From: Felis catus
Taxonomy: Eukaryota
Assembly (NCBI RefSeq): GCF_018350175.1
Contig: NC_058369.1
Location: forward strand, 1,304,001-1,368,000
Direction: 5' to 3'
Length of the DNA stretch: 64,000 bases
Shown: piece after piece, positions 55,373 through 64,000 of the stretch
Layout: each line of letters starts with the position of its first letter
Numbering within the stretch: position 1 is the first letter of the stretch
Program-made: the position numbers and the translations under genes
Notes under the pieces: generated by a model
Databases searched by the model: none
Seen by the model: the letters and a program-made list of their open reading frames with translations, nothing else
Told to the model about the DNA's origin: nothing

Positions 55373-55790
55373 GAGTATTACTCAGCAATCAAAAAGAATG
55401 AAATCTTGCCATTTGCAACTACGTGGATGGAACTGGGGGGTATTATGTGAAGTGAAATTAGAGAAAGACAAATATCCTATGACTTCACTCATATGAGGGC
55501 TTTAAGAGACAAAACACATGAACATAAGGGAAGGGAACCAAAATAATATAAAAGCAGGGAGGGGGACAAACACTAAGAGACCCTTAAATACAGAGAACAA
55601 ACAGTTGCCGGAGGGGAATTTTGGGTGGGGGGATGGGCTGAATGGGCAAGGGGCATTAGGGAGGACACTCGCTGGGATGAGCACTGGGTGTTATACGTAG
55701 GGGGTGACTCACTGGAATCTACTCCTGAAATCATTGCACTATACGCTAAGTAACTTGGATGTAAATTAAAAAATAAATTAAAAAAAAAGT
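54625..55790 (+). mobile_element. 5'-truncated carnivore/felid L1 (ORF2 C-terminus + 3'UTR + A tail), internally deleted
   Basis: ORF track 54732-55310 gives ...[18 protein letters not shown]...[29 protein letters not shown] (L1 ORF2 Cys-rich domain); ends gtaaattaaaaaataaattaaaaaaaaa; internal (CA)n at 55335-55370. Confidence 0.92.
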
Positions 55791-55994
55791 ATTAGGGGGG
55801 CATCTGTCTAGCTCAGGCCCTGGAGCGTGCAACTTCTGACTCGGGGTCATGCGTTGCAGTCCCATGTGGGGTTTGGAGATTATTTCAAAAAACTAAAATA
55901 AACCAGAAACCAAAGATGAAGAAAAAAATATTTTTTAAACATCAGAGGAAAAAGACACATTACATACATGGACACAAAAATAAGAATGACTGAA

Positions 55995-57962
55995 TTTTTT
56001 TTTTCAATTTTTAACATTTGTTCATTTTTGTGAAACAGAGCAAGACCGAGCAGGGGAGGGGCAGAGAGAGAGGGAGGCACAGAATCCGAAGCAGGCTCCA
56101 GGTTCCGAGCCATCAGCACAGAGCCCGACGTGGGGCTCGAACTCACGAACCGTGAGCTCATGACCTGAGCCGAAGCCTGGCGCTGAACCGACTGAACCAC
56201 CCAGGCGCCCCAGAATGACTGAAAAAAAATTTTTTTTTAATTTTTTTTTCAATGTTTATTTTTTTTTTGGGACAGAGAGAGACAGAGCATGAACGGGCGA
56301 GGGGCAGAGAGAGAGGGAGACACAGAATCGGAAACAGGCTCCAGGCTCCGAGCCATCAGCCCAGAGCCCGACACGGGGCTCGAACTCCCGGACCGCGAGA
56401 TCGTGACCTGGCTGAAGTTGGACGCTCAACCGACTGCGCCACCCAGGCGCCCCCGACTTCTTCATTTCTTTAAATGATCATTGACTCTACGTAAAAAGTA
56501 ACGGCAGTGTATCATGAGATTTGTTCTAGAGAATATAAGAGGTGGGGAGGGGCAGAGAGAGAGAGAGAGAGAATCTCAAGCAGGCTCCGCACTGTCAGCA
56601 CAGAGCCCCACGTGGGGCTCGAACTCACGAATGGTGAGATCGTGACCTGAGCCGAAATCAAGAGTCAGACACTTAACTGATTGAGCCACCCAGGTGCCCG
56701 GAGCATCTGACTCCTGATCTCAGCTCAGCTCTTGATCCCGGGGTTGTGAGTTCAAACCCGGTGTCGAGCTCCATGCTGGGGGTGAAGACTACTTAAAAAA
56801 ATAAATTGATTAAATAAAAAATTAAAATAAAATAAAACAGGGGCTCCTGGGTGACTCAGTTAGTTAAGCATCCGACTTTGGCTCAGGTCACGATCTTGTG
56901 GTTTATGAGTTCAAGGCCTGCATCAGGCAGGCTCTCTGCTGCATAGAGACTGCTTAGGATTCCCGTCTCTGTCTCTCTCTGCCCTTCCCCTGCTCCCGCT
57001 CTCTGTCTCTCAAAAAAAAAAAAAAAAAAAAACTACTTAAATAAAATAAAGTAAAACAAAAGAAAGCAATTGTAGGTAAAAAATGAAACTGATATTGGGG
57101 TGCCTGGGTGGCTCAGTTGGTTGAGCACCCGACTTCAGCTCAGGCCATGATCTTGGCAGTCAGAGTTCGAGCCCCACGTCCGGCTCTGTGCTCACAGCTG
57201 AGCCTAGAGCCTGTTTCAGATTCTGTGCCTCCCTCCCTCTCTCTCTCTGCCCCTCCTCTGCTCTCAAAAATAAATAAAACATTAAAATAAACAAATAAAC
57301 CTGGCCATAACCATACTTCTATTAAATATAAATGTCTAAACACTAGTCCAGGGACAGAAACTGTCCGCATGGCCCCAACTATAGGTTGTCCTTTAAATAT
57401 AAAGGCTTAAATATAAAGGCTTTAAATATAAAGGCTTAAAAACAATTTTTAAAAGAACAAGATTGAAGGACTATCTGAAGTTTCTTAAAGTTTATTTATT
57501 TTTTTTTAGTGATCTCTACACCCAACACAGGACTCCAAGTCTCATGCTCTACCCCCGGACCCAGCCAGGCGCCCCTGGAGGACCACCTGTTTTTAGATTT
57601 ATTGTAAACTTATAGTAATCAAGACAACAAAAAAAAAAAAAAAAAGAGAGAGAGAGAGTCCAAGGAGTAGACTCACAGTTATATTGTCAATTTATTTGCA
57701 ACAAAACTGCCAAATAACTCAGTGTGGGAAACAATAGCCTTTTCAGCAATTGCTGCTGTAACACCTGAATATCAAAATAGAAAGAAAGTTGTCCTTAATC
57801 TTTTTTTTTTTTTTTTGTAAGTAATCTCAACAGCAAACATGGGGCTTGAATTCATGACCAAGATGAAGAGTTGCATGCTCTACCGGCTGAGCTGGCTAGG
57901 CATCCCTATCTCTATTCTTTTTTTTTTTTTTAATGATTTAATAGTAATTTATTTTTGAGACA

Positions 57963-58008
<46 letters not shown>

Positions 58009-58543
58009 GAGAGGGGGAGGGGCAGAGAGAGAAGGACGCGCAGGATCCGTAGCAGGCTCCAGGCTCTGAGATGTCAGCACAGAGCTCAATGAGGCGCTCC
58101 AACTCACAAACCAACCATGAGATCATGACCTGAGCCAAACTCAGGTGCTTGACGGACGGAGCCACCCAGGCACCCTCGCGTCTCTACTCTTAAATTTTTT
58201 TTATTTTTATTTTTTTAATTTATTTTTGAGACAGAGGGAGACAGAGCATGAGCAGGGGAGGGCCAGAGAGAAAGGGAAACAGAGAATCCGAAGCAGGTTC
58301 CAGGCTCTGAGCTGTCAGCACAGAGCCCGACGCGGGGCTCAAACTCACAGACTGCAAGATCATGACCTGAGCTGAAGTTGGACGCTTAACCGACTGAGCC
58401 ACCCAGGCACCCTTTTACTCTTAATGTACATACACAAATATAACTCAGAATGGATCACAGACCTAAATGTAAAGGCTAAAAGTTTAAAACTTCTGGAGGA
58501 AAACATAAGAGAAAGTTTTTATGACTTTGATTGGGCACGGATT

Positions 58544-58598
<55 letters not shown>

Positions 58599-59253
58599 CT
58601 TTCTTTCTCCCTTTCTTTCTTTCTCTCTTTCTTTCTTTCTTTCTCTCTTTCTTTCTTTCTTTCTTTCTTTCTTTTTTTCTATAGGATACAAAAAGCACAA
58701 ACCATTTTTTGAAAGCAATAAGGTAGACTTTACCAAAATTTAAAAAAAAATGCTATTCAAGAAAATGTTTAAAAAGTGATAAGACAAGCACCATCTGGGG
58801 AAAGTATTCACAATACACATGTGACAAATGAAAAGAAAATACTAAGAAATAATAATAAAATAAGCCACACAATTTCTTAAATAAATTAGATTTGAACATC
58901 ACATACTTTTACCAAAGAAGATTATGGATAGCCATCCCTTAAGCACATGAAAAGATACTTGGCAGAGTGAGTCATTAGAGAAATGTTCCCCAGTGGGTTA
59001 TCACAATATATCTATTAGAAAGAATACATTTATTTTTTTTAATTTTTTTTAACGTTTATTTATTTTTGAGACAGAGAGACACAGAGCATGAAGGGGGGAG
59101 GGGCAGAGAGAGAAGGAGACACAGAATCGGAAGCAGGCTCCAGGCTCTGAGCTGTCAGCCCAGAGCCTGACGCGGGGTTCGAACTCACGGACCGCAAGAT
59201 CGTGACCTGAGCTGAAGTCGGACGCTTAACCGACTGCGCCACCCAGGCGCCCC
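55995..59253. mobile_element. Dense Can-SINE cluster (about 10 copies) inserted into older L1M fragments
   Basis: Copies at ~55995-56211(-), 56230-56454(-), 56540-56700(-), 56840-57031(+), 57097-57290(+), 57918-58174(-), 58194-58412(-), 59033-59253(-), plus short ones. L1 ORF2 pieces lie between them (e.g. tggatcacagacctaaatgtaa 58451). Confidence 0.88.
58542..58675 (+). repeat. Imperfect (TTTC)n microsatellite
   Basis: About 130 bp of TTTC/TCTC units. Confidence 0.92.
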
Positions 59254-59269
59254 TAGAAAGAATAAATTT

Positions 59270-60410
59270 AAAAGCCCATTAACACCAAGTATTGGCAAAG
59301 ATGCTTAGCGATTGGAACTTTCAGGCATGGCTGTAGTAAACACAAAATGGCACCACCACTCTGGAACGTGGCTTAGCGGTTTGTTACAAAGTTAAAGATA
59401 CATTTGCCATATGCACCAGCAATTCCACTCACAGGGATTTACCCAGAAGAAATTAAGACACATTTCCAAACACAGACTTGTAGGCAAATGATCATGGCAT
59501 CTTTTTTCATAGTAGCCAAAAAGTGGAAACTATTTAAGTATCCACCAACAGACAAGTGGATTAAAAAAACATAGGAAAACAATATTGACAGAAAACATAT
59601 CAGTGGTGGCCTTGAGGGCAGGGATGAGGGGAGGGTTGACTGCAAAGGAGAAAAAACTTTGAGGTGACGGAAATATCCTATATTGGGATCATGATGTGGT
59701 TATACATCCATAAATAATGGCCAAAAGTTATCAAATTGTAGTTTTACAGTAAAGTGAATTTAATTGTATGTAAAGTATAGCTCAATAAAGCTGAGGTGGG
59801 GAGTGCTACAAGTGGTGGAGGGGGGAACTTTCCATTGGCAGGAAAAAAATGTAAAAGATGGAAAAAGGATACACCATCCAAACACTAATCGTAAGAAATC
59901 TGGAGTAGCTATATCTCTATTAGGAAAAAAAAAAAAAAAGAATTCAGAACAAAGAATACTAACATGGATAAAGAAGGTCATTACCAATTCATCAAAAGGA
60001 CGTAACAATCCTAAACATGTACGCCCCTAATAACTGTGTTCAAAATACATGAAGGAAAATTTGACTGGAATGAGAAGAAAAAAGTCAAATTCGCAATTAT
60101 GACAAGAGATAGCAATATCCCTCTCTCAATAATTAGTAGAGTAAATAGAAAATCAGTTAAGATATAGATGATTTGAACAACACTATCAACCAACAAAAGC
60201 AATATGTACATTCTCTTCAAAAGCACGCGGAGCTATACAAAATTAATTAATTAATTAAAGCCAAAAACACACGGAATATTCATCAAGACGATTGGATAAT
60301 GAGCTGGGTCATGAAACATGTAATACATACAAAATGATTGAAATCATGCAGAATAGTTTCCTACAATGTAATTAGGTTGGAAATTAAAAACGGATATCTG
60401 TAAAACCTCA
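59270..60410 (+). mobile_element. Old L1M fragments (3' end followed by endonuclease-region piece)
   Basis: ccagcaattccactc..atttacccagaagaaattaa; ggaaaaaggatacaccat..aacactaatcgtaagaaatctggagtagctat. Confidence 0.7.
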
Positions 60411-61004
60411 AAATCTCTCTCCCTCTCTCTCTGCCTCTCCCTCTCTCTTTCAAGGTAAACAAATAAATGTAAAGAAAAACCCACATGAGAGCAAGCTGAT
60501 CTGTCGCTCCCCTTACCAATAATATCTTAGGGGAGATATTTCATTTACCAATAAATATCTTAGGGGAGATATTTTGAGATTATGTGATATCTTGTTTCTC
60601 ATCCTATTTTTCCTCTAATATTTTAGTGTTTATTGCATCTTGTTCAGACTTGCAGGGACACAGCATACCTTTTGGCTTTTCTATCTCAGGGCCTTCTCCA
60701 AAACCCATCTTCCTCATGTCTCAATATCCTCTTCCCAGAGGAAAACAGTGCAAACAGTGGTTAGCAGTTGGGGATGTTCCCTTCCAGACCCTTCTCTCTA
60801 CATTTATGCACGTTGGTCTCTACCTGGTCCGTTTGGAGGTGAATGCATTTTCATACAAATGAGAACATGCTGGGGCACCGGACAGTGCACAGCCTGCTTG
60901 GGGTTCTCTCTCTATTTCTCAAAATAAATATAGATAAACATTGAAAAACATGTCAGCGTGCTGATCCGTTGCTTGCCTTCACTTACCGATATGTCTTGGA
61001 TGCT

Positions 61005-61350
61005 GTGGTTGGCAGAATAATGGCCCCCAAAGATGTCCACGTCCTAATCTTTTACCATATGAGGTAGATAGGTCACCTCATACGTTAAAGGGATTTTACA
61101 GATGAGGACCCTGAGACGAGGATGACCCTGGACTACCAGTCGGGCGGGAGGGCAGCACCCTCAGGAGGTCCTCATGAGAAGGAGGCAAAGGGTCAGAGTC
61201 AAAGAGATGGGCGGGGCCTCAGGCCAAGGAGGCGGTTCCTCTGGGAGATGGAAAAGGCTTGAGGAGGGTCTCCCTGGGGCCCCAGAAGGAACCAGCCCTG
61301 GTCACACCTGGGTTTTAGCCCAGTGAGACCCTAGTAGGACTTGTGATCCA
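61005..61350 (+). mobile_element. MLT1D-type LTR
   Basis: tgtggttggcagaataatggcccccaaagatgtccacgtcctaatc...ggttttagcccagtgagaccc. Confidence 0.75.
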
Positions 61351-61574
61351 GGGTGTACCGAAGAATGGTTTTGAACAAGGGCCAATGTTTGCCTATGGGA
61401 TTCTGGTAGAGTACTGCAATATTTAGGACATCCAGCAGAGAGCAGTGCTAGCCAGGTTCAGAGAAGGGGCCACTGTTCTCTGAAATGATCTTGGCTTGGA
61501 GCCCCCAGCGTGGCATCTAGCCAGAGGTTTGGACACATGTGATCAATCCCAACTCCGCCCCTGTCAGTTCTTTC

Positions 61575-62095
61575 ATCCATAAATGACCCACCCATCCATG
61601 CATTATCCATGCATCTGTCCATCCATCCATCCATCACCCATCAGCCAGCCAGCCAGCCATCCTCCTGTCTGTCCATCCTTCTGTCTATTCATCCATTCAT
61701 TCAATAACACCATCCTGGGTGTCTACTCTGTGCTGACTTTGGCAATCAGCAGGAGAACAAAGTCATGGCCAAGAGAAGTCTTGGGGAAAATGACCAGGCA
61801 GATGTCAGGACAAAGTTAGCACGGAAGAACGGAGAGAAAGCTGGCGTGATCAGAGCAGGGCGAGCAAAGACGGGGACAGAGGAAGGTGAGCTTGGCAAGG
61901 TCAGTAGGCATCAGCTTACGGGAGCATTCACTGAGTGCCTGTTCTACTTCCCATATGTGTTCTTCTATTTTGATCTCTGAGATAATGAGTGAGGGTCATT
62001 TCAATTTTCTCTCGAAGGCAGAGGCTCAGAGAAGTGAGGTCCATGAACCCAAACCCCACAGCTATTAAGTCTCTAGACTTGAACCCGGGTCTCAT
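61575..62095. mobile_element. (CCAT)n-rich L2 tail followed by a MIR remnant
   Basis: cattcattcaataacacc..ctactctgtgct; gaggctcagagaagtgagg..gacttgaacccgggtct. Confidence 0.55.
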
Positions 62096-62384
62096 GTTTG
62101 TTTGCTAATCCCAGCTACCTTTGAACCCAACTGTGTCACCGTTAACAGATTTTCTCATCTTCACTTGGCTTCACTGCTTTGAAGCTCTCTCAGTCCAATA
62201 AGGTGAACGCCTGGTGTATTAGTTGGCAAGTGTTGTGCTAACGCGGGGTAACAAACTACACCAAAGCTCCGTGGCTTAGACAGTAGTCATCTATTCCCAT
62301 CTTCACATCAGCGGGGCATCCGTAGAGCTAGCTGTATCTTAGTTGGTCCTGGTTCCAAGATTTATGTTGCCCCACCTATATTCC

Positions 62385-62558
62385 AAGCACGGTGCGCTGT
62401 TGAATGTTGAACAGCTATCTAGAGGTGGGGGGAGGTTGTCACCTTCACCAATTTCTGTGGTGTGAATACTCCCACCGGAGCTGATTGTCAATCGACCTTT
62501 GAGACAGCACTGAATACAGAGTTGGAAAGAGATGTGCACTGGTGGACCATTATACACC
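62385..62558 (+). mobile_element. MER63-like hAT remnant
   Basis: atttctgtggtgtgaatactcccacc..cactgaatacagagttggaaagagatgtgcac. Confidence 0.5.
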
Positions 62559-62604
62559 GTCTGAGTCCATTTAGGCCGCTGGGACGAAAAGTATCACAGA
62601 AGGG

Positions 62605-62756
62605 GGCCCTGCGTCGGGCTCTGTGCCGGCAGCTCAGAGCCTGGAGCCTGCTTGGGATTCTGTGTCTCCCTCTCTCTGCCCCTCCCCCGCTCATGCTCTC
62701 TCACGCTCTCTCTCTCTCTCTCTCTCTCTCTCAAAAATAAATGTAAACATTAAAAA
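62605..62756 (+). mobile_element. 5'-truncated SINEC_Fc
   Basis: cgtcgggctctgtgccggcagctcagagcctggagcctg..(CT)n..aaaaataaa. Confidence 0.85.
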
Positions 62757-62834
62757 GTTTTTTTTAACCTTTAAAAAAATATAGCATACTTGAAATCTTT
62801 TGAACATGTTAATGATTCCATGAACTTCACGGTA

Positions 62835-63392
62835 CCTTTCCCCAGCTAAAATTCTATATTCCTCAACTCAAGAATAAGAATCGAAAATCTATTTCCACAC
62901 CGAAACTTGTACGTGAATGTTCACAGCAGCGTTTTTCGTAATTGCTGAAAAGTGGAGGTGATCCAAATATCCACGAGCAGACGACTAGTTATACGTACAT
63001 TGGAAAAATTACTCAACCACGAGCAGGAGCGAGGCGCCTACACGTGCTACCGGATGCATGGACCCTGAATGCACGACGCTCAGGGAGGAGACCAGACACA
63101 GAAGACCGCACGGCGTGTGATTCCATTTATGTGAGATGCTCACAACCGGCACATCCACAGGCAGGAGCTAGGTTAGTGGTTATCAGGGGCTGGGAAAGGA
63201 TATGGAGAGACAGCCAACGGGTACAGGTTTTTTGTTTTCCTGTTTCTGCCTTGTGGTGATGAAACTGTCCTAACATTAGATAGTAGTGATGTTTGCACAA
63301 CTTTGTGGCTGTAGCAAAACCCACTGAGTTGCGCATTTAAAGGGGCTCATTTTATGGTATGTGAATTATGACTTGTGAAATAATTTTAAAAA
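62835..63392 (+). mobile_element. L1MB-like 3' end remnant
   Basis: ccacaccgaaacttgtacgtgaatgttcacagcagc...ttttatggtatgtgaattat. Confidence 0.75.
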
Positions 63393-63394
63393 TG

Positions 63395-64000
63395 GGTATG
63401 TATTGGTCTGTCCCCCAGGTCCTATCTAGAGCTCCTAAAACTCTTGCAATTTCCTGAGTGATAAGAGCACCAGGGAATGAAATCATGCCATCTGCAGCAG
63501 CGTGGATAGGACTGGAAGGTATTATGCTGAGTGAAATAATTCAGAGAAAGACAGATATATGTTTTCACTCATATGTGGATCTTGAGAAACTTAACAGAAG
63601 ACCATGGGGGGAGGGAAGGGGAAAAAATAGTGACAGACAGAGAGGGAGGGAGGGAGGCCCTGCAGCAGTGGCCGAGGTTCCAGAGCTATGATATTCGTGC
63701 CCACACTTGTCTGTCTCAAGTGTCCAACGAATACACCCACGTGGGCGATCGTTACAGTGCCAGCTGGCAGGTGACGAACCTGGATATTAGAGACAGAGGT
63801 GTCTCTAATGAGTCCTCTGGTTCAGAGCGAGAAAGCGCCTTTCATTTCTGCTCGTGAGGTGTGGAGTCCCTAGGGCTAGACCTGGTGTCGGCGTGAATGA
63901 TTTGGCACTTCTAGCCCCCAGAGACCCCAGTTAGGCTGTTTCAGTCCCCTGGTAGCCGGAGAGGAGGTCCCAGCAACGAACCCGTCATCTTGCATCACCT
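63395..64000. mobile_element. MER21-like LTR interrupted by a felid L1 3'UTR fragment (~63475-63652)
   Basis: gagctcctaaaactcttgcaatttcctgagtgataagagcac, then gaatgaaatcatgcca..ttcactcatatgtggatcttgagaaacttaacagaagaccatggggg. Confidence 0.55.

Noticed and set aside
58424..58743. Phe/Leu/Ser-rich and Lys/Glu/Arg-rich ORFs
   Set aside because: Translations of the (TTTC)n microsatellite.
52000..64000. DOT1L or another gene upstream of AP3D1 (expected from human synteny)
   Set aside because: No CpG island or coding exon is visible; the block is almost all repeats, so any such gene lies beyond the window.
1..64000. CRISPR array, prophage or prokaryotic defence-type system
   Set aside because: Sequence is a spliced mammalian locus with no regularly spaced repeat-spacer structure or operon-like ORFs.

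Overview
Mammalian (felid/feliform, judged from dozens of SINEC_Fc-type Can-SINEs and an L1_Fc/L1_Carn-type LINE) GC-rich genomic window, in the same gene order as human 19p13.3. It holds the 5' part of MOB3A (minus strand; first coding exon 132-552) and a shared bidirectional CpG-island promoter (~9.65-10.8 kb). It also holds the complete IZUMO4 gene (plus strand, 10 coding exons, 218 aa, three 15-18 nt microexons) and the complete AP3D1 gene (minus strand, 32 coding exons, 1216 aa, two GC-AG introns). An AT-richer, SINE/LINE-saturated block follows from ~52 kb. All exon boundaries were read from the sequence and checked for phase. No prokaryote-type system is present, and most ORF-track entries are GC-rich shadows. 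The most unusual signal is apparent concerted evolution of ancient repeats: two L1MC-type remnants 35 kb apart and inverted are ~95% identical and ungapped over 359 bp, only where they overlap. L1MB-like and MER20 remnants also share derived GC-shifted changes. Other leads are an RFX X-box plus CRE module at the IZUMO4 promoter, IZUMO4 truncation and alternative-frame routes, a cryptic in-frame AP3D1 acceptor, STAT/ETS motif clusters, and a SINE-created CTCF motif.
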